Shown piece by piece: positions 49,643-59,549 of a stretch of 64,000 nt of DNA. The notes below the pieces were generated by a model. It was not told where the DNA came from. It saw nothing but the letters and a program-made list of their open reading frames with translations, and did not search any database. Made by a program: the position numbers and the translations under genes. This DNA comes from an uncultured Nitrospiraceae bacterium (lineage in GTDB: Bacteria; Nitrospirota; Thermodesulfovibrionia; Thermodesulfovibrionales; UBA6898), in contig CAWEQH010000009.1 of the NCBI GenBank assembly GCA_963811165.1, positions 32,001 through 96,000 on the forward strand, written 5' to 3'. Every line of letters begins with the position of its first letter. Position 1 is the stretch's first letter.

Positions 49643-51694
49643 TCAATGGTGATGCCTCATCGACATCGGCTGCCCGAGTATATAGGCGTTAATGACCATA
49701 AAAAGGACCGCCAAACACGCCATCGGTATGAACGCCCTAAGGGCCTTGTCCCCATAGTATTTCACGGCTATCCTGTAGCCCGCATAGAGGGAAAAGATGT
49801 TCATCACAAGAAAAATACCCATTTGGAGCCAGAATATGGATTCCTGTCCCATTAGCGGCGTTACTGACCAATCAGGGCTTCCGAATCCGGCGAGGGTATT
49901 CGTTAACCTCTCTACGGCAGGGACAATTTCAGGACCTTCCTTGAAAAGGTGGTTGATATTATGGGCAAGATGCATGGAAAGCCCGACCGGGATAAACATA
50001 TATGCAAATTGAATGAAAGTGCGTTTCAGAGAAAGCGGGGAGTCCGGGCTTGTAAGTTTCCTTACCGCCAGACTACTTAAAAATAGAAGGACAGGAGCGA
50101 TTATGAGAGATCCAACAGTAAAGACGATCAGGAAAGTCGCCTTTTCCCGTGCGGCATGTGAGACTACTCCGAGTGTATCGAAGGGCAAAATCTTTCCGAC
50201 TGTGTCCATCCACCCATGCCATGGCTCAACCATTACCCCTGTGACAATTATCGTAATGCCTACGAGCACGATTGCTAGGAGCGCCTCATCCATATATCCC
50301 TTTGAAGATACCCATAGGTCTTTTGCAAAGCTTCTGGTCCGTATGACGATATTGTCCTGCGAACAAGACTTTATGCACTCGCTGCAGAAATTACAGTAGT
50401 TGTTCCGGTCAAGTGTCATAGGCGTCACAAACATAGGGCAAGGATGACTTTTATCGGTACCTTTGATACACTCTTTAACTTTGTGGCTACGGCAAACATC
50501 GAGACACTTGTTCCTGAGTTCTATCGGACTGAACATAGAATATATGCTTATGAGTCCGCCGATAGGGCAGACATACCTGCAAAACGTCCTGCCTTTAAAA
50601 ACCACCGCCATTCCGATAGCAGCAGCAAAAAAGCCTAATAGGAGATACGCGGTAAGAGCGGGCTTATTAACGATGCCGCTATAACTGTCCCACCACGTGA
50701 GACCAAAAAATATCAGACTCGATAGATAGACGTTCCTCAAAGGTTTTGGAAAGTCCTTGTTCCTGCTTATCAGCCGCCCAATCCAGTCCTGTATAGCGCC
50801 GAATGGGCACATCATACACCATATCCTTCCGACTAAAACGAAGGTGAAGATGATAGCTGCCCACCATATGGTCCACATCAGCAATGTCGCGATATTCCTG
50901 TCCCCCTGCTGGATGTCGAACAGCCCTGCGGCGATTATGATCAAGAATATTAAGAGTACGGGGATTTGGAACACCGGCTGGAACCAGGCCGACTTGAAAA
51001 AAATGCGGAGCCACGGTATGTCGAGTAGGTTAAGTTTTTGGCCGGGTTCCAGTTTGAGAGCCTTCCTTTGATAAAGTATTACAGCTCCGAGAAGGCCGCT
51101 CAATAAAATGACTCCTATTACAAAAAGCATCCTGTACAGAGGGGCGCGGGATTTCTCCTGATAGGATATCTTGCCGCCATATATAAGAGGTTCAGAAAAG
51201 GTCTTTCCTTGAAGGGATTTGACGGCGAGTGTGAACGTATACTCTCCCTTTTCCTGAATGGGATATGCGACCGCAAACATCCCCGCCATCTGCTCAGGTT
51301 GAAGCTTTTTGAAACTGGAAAGGTCCGCCATCGATGTCATGGACGACATATCCATGGTCTCGCCGAAATCGAGGCCGCTGCTTTCATTCCCTTTTTCGGA
51401 TGGTGAAGTCATCTTGTGCGAGGCATGGTTCATAGGCAGATCTTTTTCAAGCTTTATATAGAGTTCGGCGTCATATATGGGAGATCCGGACATAGGCTCA
51501 GTCAAGGATACGACAGCCTTGGGAATTGTTTCCTTTTGATATGTCTCAGGGTCAAGTCTGAACGTTACATTCGCACCATCTATCCTGAATGAGGTCGCAG
51601 TAGCAGCGTGGTCATGACCTTCCATACCGGATGCATAATTCTCCATCACCAATACAAGGAAAAACACTGTGAGAATTGCAAAAATCTTCTTCAT
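49643..51694 (-). CDS. Polytopic 4Fe-4S-binding membrane protein with His/Met-rich periplasmic N-domain
   Basis: GRIWCMMCPFG, FCRYVCPIGG, CNFCSECIKSC, HLAHN. Confidence 0.85.
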   Translation of the reverse strand: MKKIFAILTVFFLVLVMENYASGMEGHDHAATATSFRIDGANVTFRLDPETYQKETIPKAVVSLTEPMSGSPIYDAELYIKLEKDLPMNHASHKMTSPSEKGNESSGLDFGETMDMSSMTSMADLSSFKKLQPEQMAGMFAVAYPIQEKGEYTFTLAVKSLQGKTFSEPLIYGGKISYQEKSRAPLYRMLFVIGVILLSGLLGAVILYQRKALKLEPGQKLNLLDIPWLRIFFKSAWFQPVFQIPVLLIFLIIIAAGLFDIQQGDRNIATLLMWTIWWAAIIFTFVLVGRIWCMMCPFGAIQDWIGRLISRNKDFPKPLRNVYLSSLIFFGLTWWDSYSGIVNKPALTAYLLLGFFAAAIGMAVVFKGRTFCRYVCPIGGLISIYSMFSPIELRNKCLDVCRSHKVKECIKGTDKSHPCPMFVTPMTLDRNNYCNFCSECIKSCSQDNIVIRTRSFAKDLWVSSKGYMDEALLAIVLVGITIIVTGVMVEPWHGWMDTVGKILPFDTLGVVSHAAREKATFLIVFTVGSLIIAPVLLFLSSLAVRKLTSPDSPLSLKRTFIQFAYMFIPVGLSMHLAHNINHLFKEGPEIVPAVERLTNTLAGFGSPDWSVTPLMGQESIFWLQMGIFLVMNIFSLYAGYRIAVKYYGDKALRAFIPMACLAVLFMVINAYILGQPMSMRHHH

Positions 51695-52266
51695 TTCTTC
51701 CTGAACATCTCGTTGATTATGAGAATCCCTCTCCTGGCGCCTGAGGCAATGGCCTGAGCAGATTTCTCTGAACCACGGGGAGCGTTTATATCAGTCCCCA
51801 CCTTGAATGATTCTGATGCCTTCTTGCCCTCGAACTGCTTTAGAAACGATTGATCCAGTAGCTTCGGCGATTCCTTATTCTCGAATATCCGGACCTTCAT
51901 TAGGTCACCCCTGCCGCTGACCACGACGCCCATCTCGATTTTTCCGCCCTCACCCTGGGCGTCGATAAAGATGATTGCGGCTGCCTTTTTGGGAGGAGTT
52001 TCCGGACGGTCTTTAACTACGGCAAAATATATTGATGGCCTGAGGTCCTCTTGGGGCAACCGTCCGCCGAGAGTTTTTTCAATGATGGCCCTCTGTTCGT
52101 CTGAAACGTAGAGGTTCTTCTGTTCGAATGAAACGGCGCCCGGATAGAGGGCCTTCAGCTTCTCGCCTGGCCAGACAAGGTCATGGGCGTAAGATAATGA
52201 GCTGATTAGGATCAGAGAAACGAGGGCTGCTAAAAAGACTAACAGCAACCGTCTGCTTCGATACAT
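51691..52266 (-). CDS. FMN-binding-domain-like exported protein
   Basis: GEGGKIEMGVVV, FENKES, FLKQFEGK; lacks S/T-GA-S/T motif. Confidence 0.7.
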   Translation of the reverse strand: MYRSRRLLLVFLAALVSLILISSLSYAHDLVWPGEKLKALYPGAVSFEQKNLYVSDEQRAIIEKTLGGRLPQEDLRPSIYFAVVKDRPETPPKKAAAIIFIDAQGEGGKIEMGVVVSGRGDLMKVRIFENKESPKLLDQSFLKQFEGKKASESFKVGTDINAPRGSEKSAQAIASGARRGILIINEMFRKK

Positions 52267-52287
52267 AACTATATATCCAGTCTCATC

Positions 52288-52677
52288 TTACTGCGCGTCG
52301 ACGCTGAACCTCATCGTAGCTGTCTTTCCACCACGAAGCGTCTTTACGCTCACATTCCACGAGCCTGACATAGAAAGGTTCATCTTGGCCTGATAACTAC
52401 TCCCTTTCAATGAGGCATCGGATTTGTAATTCATTGCCGGCATTCCCGGCATCGAGGGCATGGAGTATTCGACCTTAACCCTTGCATCGGTAACAGCCCT
52501 GCCGGCAGCATCCTTGACTTCGATTGTGATAGTATTGTCGCCGACCACGGGCGGGTTCTTGTCGATCATTGCAGCAACTGTGTACTCACCGACCTTTTTT
52601 GTTACTTCATAGCTCTTCGCATAGGCGATACCTGTCATAAGAAGCAGGACAATTGAAACTAACGCGATCTTTCTCAT
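52288..52677 (-). CDS. FixH/YtkA-like protein, paralog of 40268-40657
   Basis: KNPPVVGDN, YSMPSMPGMPAMNYK, LSMSGSWNV, FSVDAQ. Confidence 0.82.
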   Translation of the reverse strand: MRKIALVSIVLLLMTGIAYAKSYEVTKKVGEYTVAAMIDKNPPVVGDNTITIEVKDAAGRAVTDARVKVEYSMPSMPGMPAMNYKSDASLKGSSYQAKMNLSMSGSWNVSVKTLRGGKTATMRFSVDAQ

Positions 52678-52804
52678 TTCTTCTCCTTATTATTCAATCA
52701 TCATTAAAGCTGGCTCCTGGCGACCTCCCTTCAATTGCGCCATTTTTATAGTTTATATATATCACGTAACTTTGAATAAAATATGAAGGAAGTGATCCGG
52801 TCAC

Positions 52805-53125
52805 TTGACATTGTGGATAGAAGTTAATTATATTGTGATCATAATGCTAAATAAAAAAGGTCACATACTTTCAGTCGGCATCAAGGAACTGAAGGCTAAA
52901 TTCAGCAGTCATGTGGATAGGGTTTGTCATGGCGAACAGGCTATCATCACCGATCATGGCGAAGAGGTTGCAATGATACTGCCCATTTCCAGGGAAAGAA
53001 GGATAGTCAAATCGCTTGAGGAGTCGGGACTGGCACAGTGGTCAGGTGAAAAGCCGAAGGGCCTCCAAGGGGTCGCCATTAAGGGAAAACTCTTGTCAGA
53101 GACCATCCTTGAAGAACGCCAATGA
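52805..53125 (+). CDS. Phd/YefM-family antitoxin (start uncertain, possibly further downstream)
   Basis: SVGIKELKAKFS...IITDHGEEVA...LSETILEER. Confidence 0.85.
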   Translation: MTLWIEVNYIVIIMLNKKGHILSVGIKELKAKFSSHVDRVCHGEQAIITDHGEEVAMILPISRERRIVKSLEESGLAQWSGEKPKGLQGVAIKGKLLSETILEERQ

Positions 53126-53589
53126 TTCTGTATCTGGGCACAAGTAGTCTTGTAAAGCTCTACGTTGATGAACCGTATTCAGATGTTATACGGGATTGGG
53201 CCAAAGTGGCTGAGATGCTCGCAACATGCAGGATCGCCTTTACCGAGGTCATGTCCGCAGTAGATCTGCGATTCAGGAACAACGACATGTCGAAGAAAGA
53301 CTACGACATGTTCATCAAGCAATTTTCTCAGGATTGGGCTCATTTCGTTAAAGTGGATTTCGACGACGTCGAGGCCGGCACGTTCATTAAAAAATATGGC
53401 TTAACCCGGTTCGGGGCCATTCAGCTTTCCTCTGCGAAGCTTATAAAGGAAGAGCAGCACAAATTATTGCCGCTGTTCAAGACAACTTACAAAGACCAAA
53501 GTGATATATCCCTCTTCTTCTCCTCTTCTGACGAGGCGCTTTGCAAGGCGGCACATACCGAGGGATTAAAGGTCTTGCCCTTAGGCTGA
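53122..53589 (+). CDS. vapC: VapC/PIN-domain protein with degenerate active site
   Basis: MILYLGTSSLVKLYVDE, AFTEV, FGAIQLSSA, SSDEAL...EGL; overlaps antitoxin stop. Confidence 0.82.
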   Translation: MILYLGTSSLVKLYVDEPYSDVIRDWAKVAEMLATCRIAFTEVMSAVDLRFRNNDMSKKDYDMFIKQFSQDWAHFVKVDFDDVEAGTFIKKYGLTRFGAIQLSSAKLIKEEQHKLLPLFKTTYKDQSDISLFFSSSDEALCKAAHTEGLKVLPLG

Positions 53590-53781
53590 GGACGAATAAT
53601 ATGCTTTCTCGGATATTTGTTCATTCCAACTTTTTAAAAAAAATATATATGAAGCCAATCGAACAGTTACCATGTGTTTTTGGATAAAATCGGTTCGGGT
53701 TCTCTACTATGCTCTTGTGGAGGAAGGCTTCGAAAGGACGCTTACTCTGTTTTATCTATTGGCCGCTGGGAGATTTAATAA

Positions 53782-55140
53782 ATGAGAAAAAGGGTTCTCG
53801 AAGGTTCAGTTTTATTTATCAGTATCAGCAAGTGGATTTTTCTTGCCTCCGTTGCCGGTATTATCGTCGGCTTTTCGACTGCGATTTTTCTTAAGCTGCT
53901 CGGCATCAGTATGGACTTTGCAAAGGGGTATAAATATTACTTCGTACTTTTACCCTTTGCGATGTTCTTAAGTGTCGTTATCGTGAAGTATCTTGCACCT
54001 GAGGCTGAAGGCCATGGGACCGAAAAGGTAATTGAAGCCGTACACAAACGATCGGGAAAGATAAACCCTCTCGTTGTTCCCGTCAAATTGCTTGCGACTA
54101 TCATCACGATCGCCCTTGGAGGATCGGCAGGGAAAGAAGGTCCCTGTGCCCAGATTGGAGCGGGGCTCTCGTCGGTGATGTCGGACATCCTCAGATTTGA
54201 CGATAAAGACCGCAGAAGGTTAGTCATATGCGGAATCAGCGCCGGGTTTGCAAGCGTCTTCGGCACCCCTATAGCGGGCGCTATCTTTGGGGTGGAAGTA
54301 TTGTTTGTGGGAGGCCTTCTGTATGATGTTCTCCTGCCCTCGTTCGTTGCGGGAATCGTCGGCTACCACGTTTCGTCTTCTCTTGGCATTACCTACTTTC
54401 ATCACACACTGAATTTTGTGCCTGTCTTTAGCAGCTTTTTTTTCATCAAGGTATGTCTGGGCGGATTGTTCTTCGGCCTCTGCTCTTTTTTGTTTATCGA
54501 GTTATTGAATTACCTTGAAGCCATAGGCCGTAAGATCGGGATGCCAAAGCCCTATAAAGGCATCCTCGGCGGCGTTATCCTTGTGGGTTTGACACTGCTT
54601 GTTTCTACACGCTACTTAGGTCTGGGGTTGGACACCATCGAGACCGCTCTTGAAGGCGGGCAGATCCCGTGGTCGGCTTCCTTCATGAAGATGCTCTTCA
54701 CCTCTGTCACCCTTAATTTCGGGGGCAGCGGAGGCATCGTGACCCCTATTTTTTTTATAGGGGCAACGGCAGGCAACATCTTTGGTCATGCATTGGGACT
54801 CGATCCCGCGGTTTTTGCCGCCATCGGCATGGTAAGCCTTCTGGCGGGGGCCGCGAATACGCCGATCTCGGCAAGCATCATGGCGGTCGAGATCTTCGGG
54901 CCGGTAGTCGCCCCCTATGCTGCGGTTTCGTGCGTCATCAGTTTCCTGATGACCGGACACAGGAGTGTATATCCGAGCCAGGTACTATCGATGTCAAAAT
55001 CATCTTCTATCGCGGTAGAAAAGGGCCATGTGATGTCTGACATGGGAGGAGTCAATGTGACCCCAAGGGAAAAAAGCATTACGGGAGGGATAGCAAAGGT
55101 GCTGGAAAATATCCGGAAAAAAAGGAAGGGCCCTTCCTGA
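53782..55140 (+). CDS. CLC-family chloride channel/transporter
   Basis: GHGTE, GGSAGKEGP, FGTPIAGAIF, GGSGGIVTP, ANTPI. Confidence 0.93.
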   Translation: MRKRVLEGSVLFISISKWIFLASVAGIIVGFSTAIFLKLLGISMDFAKGYKYYFVLLPFAMFLSVVIVKYLAPEAEGHGTEKVIEAVHKRSGKINPLVVPVKLLATIITIALGGSAGKEGPCAQIGAGLSSVMSDILRFDDKDRRRLVICGISAGFASVFGTPIAGAIFGVEVLFVGGLLYDVLLPSFVAGIVGYHVSSSLGITYFHHTLNFVPVFSSFFFIKVCLGGLFFGLCSFLFIELLNYLEAIGRKIGMPKPYKGILGGVILVGLTLLVSTRYLGLGLDTIETALEGGQIPWSASFMKMLFTSVTLNFGGSGGIVTPIFFIGATAGNIFGHALGLDPAVFAAIGMVSLLAGAANTPISASIMAVEIFGPVVAPYAAVSCVISFLMTGHRSVYPSQVLSMSKSSSIAVEKGHVMSDMGGVNVTPREKSITGGIAKVLENIRKKRKGPS

Positions 55141-55372
55141 TAATAGAGTAAAGACCCTTCTTTTCCTTTTTTTCCTCTTTGTGCGTGCCGCTCTTTTCCA
55201 TTAGTATCTGGCCTTCCTTCGTCATATCCTTGTTGTCCAACATCTATACTGTCTGGAAAAAGAGGTTATGTCATGATACAGTGTAATAAGAATTTGGCTT
55301 AAGTATATCGGCTGAACTTTGTGAAGGCATCCGGAGTTGACCCCAGGACGTTTGTCAAAAAAGGAGGTTCTT

Positions 55373-56434
55373 ATGAAAAGCTCGCTGAGTAGAAGGGATT
55401 TTTTTCGAAGGGCCGGGGTAGGCGCTTTGGGATTAGGGTTCGGCGTTTCTCTTTTTGACGGGATATATGAGTATGCCGAGGCGGTCACAGAGGAGGAAAA
55501 ACATGCCCTTCTCATGAAAGGTTCCGTAAATTTTATGGGGTTTGTGGCCAAGGAAATCACCCCAAATGATGAATTCTATATCACAACCTACTCCGATAAG
55601 GTGCCTGTAGTCGACCCAGGGAGATTCAGTTTAAGGATCGAAGGCCTCGTCGAAAAACCTTATACGCTCTCGCTTAAAGATCTCGAAGAGATGAAGGACA
55701 AGACGGAGTTTGTCACGCTTGAGTGTATCGGCAATCCGATCGGAGGAGATGCCATCAGCAATGCGCTCTGGGACGGCGTAACTTTGAGAAAGATCATAGA
55801 GAAATCTGTTCCCAGGAAAGGGATTGTGAAGACCGCATTTTATGCCGAGGATGGTTACAGCGACAGCATCCCCTATTCTTTGTCTCTTTCAGAAGATGTA
55901 TTTCTCGCATACAGGATGAATGGGGAGCCCTTACCCAGGAAGCACGGCTATCCTCTGAGGGCGATAGTCCCGGGCATTTATGGAATGAAGCACGTCAAAT
56001 GGCTCTCGAAGATAGAGCTCGTTAATTATGATTTTAAGGGGTACTGGGAAAAAAGGGACTGGTCCGACGAGGCGGTTATTCCGGACAAGTCGCAAATCCT
56101 TATGCCGATGGAGGGAAAGAAGATACCGCTCGGCAATTATGTCATCGGCGGCGTTGCATTTGCCGGACGGTATGGAATAAGCAAGGTGCAGGTCTCCCTC
56201 GACAACAAAAAAACGTGGCACGATGCGGCGTTGAAGCCTCCGCTTTCGAAATGGTCATGGACGCTATGGAGCTACAACTGGATGCCCTCAAAGGCCGGGG
56301 AGTATACGATAACCGTCCGGGGTATCGACAGAGCAGGGAAAGTCCAGGAGTCTTCCTCTCTCTTAGGAAAATTATTCCGGTCATTCCCTGACGGTGCAAA
56401 GGGACTTCACTCGGTTAACGTTACAGTCAGGTAG
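55373..56434 (+). CDS. Tat-exported sulfite-oxidase-family molybdoenzyme
   Basis: SRRDFFR; TLECIGN, MNGEPL..HGYPLR, GMKHVKW, GYWEKR; C-terminal dimerisation domain. Confidence 0.9.
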   Translation: MKSSLSRRDFFRRAGVGALGLGFGVSLFDGIYEYAEAVTEEEKHALLMKGSVNFMGFVAKEITPNDEFYITTYSDKVPVVDPGRFSLRIEGLVEKPYTLSLKDLEEMKDKTEFVTLECIGNPIGGDAISNALWDGVTLRKIIEKSVPRKGIVKTAFYAEDGYSDSIPYSLSLSEDVFLAYRMNGEPLPRKHGYPLRAIVPGIYGMKHVKWLSKIELVNYDFKGYWEKRDWSDEAVIPDKSQILMPMEGKKIPLGNYVIGGVAFAGRYGISKVQVSLDNKKTWHDAALKPPLSKWSWTLWSYNWMPSKAGEYTITVRGIDRAGKVQESSSLLGKLFRSFPDGAKGLHSVNVTVR

Positions 56435-56518
56435 GCGGGATAACGACGGGGGAATCCGTCAAGATGTGATGACGCGTTGTTTCAGCCCGGCCTTGCGCCA
56501 CATCGGTTATAATTAACC

Positions 56519-57835
56519 ATGTCGAAAGAATTGATCGTAGTCGGAGGCGGGCTTGCGGGTTCCGAGGCTGCATGGCAGGCGGCACGGAGGGGGATAAAGG
56601 TCACCCTCTACGAGATGAGGCCCGGTAAGATGACCGAGGCCCACAAGACGGGGGACCTAGGTGAATTGGTCTGCTCAAACTCCCTCAGGTCGAATGATCT
56701 CTACACCGCGCCGGGACTTCTGAAACGGGAACTTTCGTTGGCCGGCTCGCTTATTATGGAGGCCGCAGAGTCGTCTGCGGTTGCGGCCGGTTCGGCGCTT
56801 GCCGTAGACAGAAATATCTTTGCCGCATTTATTTCCAGGAGGCTTTTTGATAATCCCGGCATCGAGATCATAAGAGAGGAGGTCGTTGCACTGCCGGAAA
56901 GACCTGCGGTGATCGCTACAGGGCCGCTCACCTCTGAATCGATGGCTGGTTCCCTATCGGCATTACTGGGCGGTGAGCATCTCTATTTCTACGACGCCAT
57001 TGCCCCGATTATCGATACCGAGTCTATCGACTACGAAAAGGTCTTCAGGGCTTCGCGGTACGGCAAGGGCGGCGACGATTATATCAACTGCCCGATGAAT
57101 AAAGAGGAATATGAGGCCTTTTATGATGCCCTTACCGAGGCCGACAGGGTGACGCCCAGGGAGTTTGAAAACCAGAGGGTCTTTGAGGGGTGTATGCCTA
57201 TCGAGGTAATGGCGTCGAGGGGAAAGGAGACGATCCGCTTCGGGCCGATGAAGCCGGTCGGTCTCTTAGATCCGAAGACGGGCAAGGAGCCTTATGCGGT
57301 GGTCCAGCTGAGGGCGGAAAATAGGGGATTGACCTCGTATAATATGGTCGGTTTTCAGACGCGTCTGAAATGGCCTGAACAAAAGAGGGTGTTCCGGATG
57401 ATCCCGGGACTCGGGCAGGCTGAGTTTCTGAGGTTCGGCAGCCTTCACCGAAATACGTTCATCAACTCCCCTCTTTTTCTCAACGGGGACCTCTCGTTTA
57501 AAAACAGGGATAATATCTATGTCGCCGGGCAGATATCCGGTGTCGAAGGGTATATCGAATCAACGGCGATGGGACTTATTGCGGGAATCAACGGGTCCCG
57601 CAGGTTGACCGGCAAGGACACAATAACGGTGCCGCCCACGACTGCGCACGGGGCGCTGATACGGCATATCGCCGGATCCGAGGGCAAGAACTTCCAGCCG
57701 AGCAATATCAACTTCGGGCTGTTCAGTATGTCTGACGAAATCCTGAAGATCAGGGACAAGAAAAAGAGGAAGACGGCTGTTGTCGAGAGGGCGCTTGAGG
57801 ACTGGGAAGAATACGTAGAGAAGGTGGTTCCGTGA
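56519..57835 (+). CDS. trmFO: FAD/folate-dependent tRNA m5U54 methyltransferase
   Basis: GGGLAGSEAAWQ, ELVCSNS, FEGCMPIE, AGQISGVEGY. Confidence 0.96.
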   Translation: MSKELIVVGGGLAGSEAAWQAARRGIKVTLYEMRPGKMTEAHKTGDLGELVCSNSLRSNDLYTAPGLLKRELSLAGSLIMEAAESSAVAAGSALAVDRNIFAAFISRRLFDNPGIEIIREEVVALPERPAVIATGPLTSESMAGSLSALLGGEHLYFYDAIAPIIDTESIDYEKVFRASRYGKGGDDYINCPMNKEEYEAFYDALTEADRVTPREFENQRVFEGCMPIEVMASRGKETIRFGPMKPVGLLDPKTGKEPYAVVQLRAENRGLTSYNMVGFQTRLKWPEQKRVFRMIPGLGQAEFLRFGSLHRNTFINSPLFLNGDLSFKNRDNIYVAGQISGVEGYIESTAMGLIAGINGSRRLTGKDTITVPPTTAHGALIRHIAGSEGKNFQPSNINFGLFSMSDEILKIRDKKKRKTAVVERALEDWEEYVEKVVP

Positions 57836-57866
57836 AGGGGAGGGAAAGGGGCAGCCTTTTAGAGAA

Positions 57867-58759
57867 ATGATGTCTGACATGAAAGGGCATATCGGCAATT
57901 TTCTGAGGTATCTCGACCTCCAAAAAGGGGCCTCGGCCCATACGTTGAGGGCCTACGGGAAGGACCTTGAAGAATTCGACGAATTCGTAAAGAAGGGACC
58001 CGAAGAGGTCGAGATGATCGACGTGAGGGCGTTTGTCGCCCGGCAGATAAAAAACGGGCTCAACAAGACAACCGCCGGAAGGAGGCTTGCGGCGGTACGT
58101 TCTTTCCTGAAGTATCTTTACCGGGAAGGATATATCAAGGCGAACCCTGCAAAGTTTGTGTCGACCCCAAAGACCCAAAAACTCCTCCCGAAGTTTCTGA
58201 CTGTCGATGAGACTTTTTCTCTCGTCGAACAGCCTAAGGGCATAGGCTTTATGCGGGCAAGGGACAGGGCCATCCTCGAACTTCTCTATTCAAGCGGTCT
58301 GAGGGTAAGCGAGGTTGCAGGTCTCACCATGGAAGACGTCAATACGAGGGAAGGGTTGGTTAAGGTAAAAGGAAAGGGCAAGAAGGAGCGTATTCTCCCT
58401 GTCGGATCAAAGGCGGTCGACGCAATGAAATCATACCTGGTTGAAAAAATGCTTCTTAAGCGCAGAAACAAGGCCGTATTCCTAAACAACAGGGGGAAAA
58501 ACTCTCCGACAGGGGCATACGAAGGATAGTCGTGAAATATGCAAAGCAGGTCGGGATCAGCGGCAGTATAGGTCCTCATACGATGAGGCATACCTTCGCA
58601 TCGCATCTCTTGCAGTCCGGCGCGGACCTCAGGGTGATCCAGGAACTTCTCGGCCATTCCTCACTCTCTACCACGCAAAAGTATACCCACCTCGATATTA
58701 CCCATTTGATGGACATCTACGACAAGGCACACCCGCTCTCTTCCAAAGACGAGGATTAG
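57867..58759 (+). CDS. xerC: Tyrosine recombinase XerC, one base missing in G5A5 run (58492-58501)
   Basis: [33 protein letters not shown]; second frame [13 protein letters not shown]...QELLGH...TTQKYTH. Confidence 0.9.
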
Positions 58760-58779
58760 GACAAAATCGTATCGTGAGA

Positions 58780-58902
58780 AGGAGGCAACCATCTTCTCTC
58801 TTATTCTCGCTACGCTCCGAGGCACTTTCTCGCCCGCCGATGGCAAAAACAGGGCGGGGGTGAATACGGGAAAGAGAAGCCGTTCGAAGATAGTTACCCC
58901 CT
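58780..58902. repeat. Structured dispersed repeat, copy E (diverged)
   Basis: aggaggcaaccatcttc/gaagatagttaccccct stem; attctcg...ctccgaggc...aatacg...gaagccgttc. Confidence 0.8.
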
Positions 58903-59017
58903 GCATCCGTGCCGGGAAGAGCGCGAAGTATATCAATAGGGTTGGTTAGATCGTATAATGTAATGACATACCCTATCGGCTTTTTGTAATATAACGGATT
59001 ACCCAAAAGGAGAAATC

Positions 59018-59548
59018 ATGTTTCACGCTACGACAATACTCTGCATAAGCAGAAAAGGCAAGGTTGCAATAGGCGGTGACGGGCAGGTCACTATGGGCAG
59101 TACGGTGCTGAAGCACAATGCCAGGAAGATACGAAAGATGTATGGCGACAAGGTGATCGGAGGCTTTGCCGGCGCCACGGCCGATGCCTTTACTCTGTTC
59201 GAAAAATTCGAGGGAAAGCTCGAGTCATACAGGGGCAACATCACGAGGGCGGCTGTGGAACTCGCCAAGGACTGGAGGACCGATAAAGTGCTCAGGCGGC
59301 TTGAGGCCCTGCTGATCGTTGCGGACAAGGAGCATATCTTTATCATATCGGGAAACGGTGATGTCATCGAGCCCGAAGAAGGCATCGCTGCAATCGGCTC
59401 GGGCGGCCCCTATGCCCAGGCCGCTGCAAAGGCGCTTACTGAAAATACCGATCTGGACGTCACGGAGATACTTCAAAAGGCGATGAAGATCGCGGCGGGC
59501 ATCTGCATCTATACGAACGAGAATATCTACATCGAGGAGCTGGCATAG
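59018..59548 (+). CDS. hslV: ATP-dependent protease subunit HslV
   Basis: [23 protein letters not shown]. Confidence 0.97.
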   Translation: MFHATTILCISRKGKVAIGGDGQVTMGSTVLKHNARKIRKMYGDKVIGGFAGATADAFTLFEKFEGKLESYRGNITRAAVELAKDWRTDKVLRRLEALLIVADKEHIFIISGNGDVIEPEEGIAAIGSGGPYAQAAAKALTENTDLDVTEILQKAMKIAAGICIYTNENIYIEELA

Positions 59549-59549
59549 C

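Noticed and set aside
53590..53781. Fluoride riboswitch upstream of CLC
   Set aside because: No matching consensus, and the protein has GKEGP/GIVTP rather than CLC-F GREGT/GEVTP
57867..58759. Tyrosine recombinase as the array integrase or a prophage integrase
   Set aside because: trmFO-xerC-hslVU context and no IntI-specific insertion indicate housekeeping XerC
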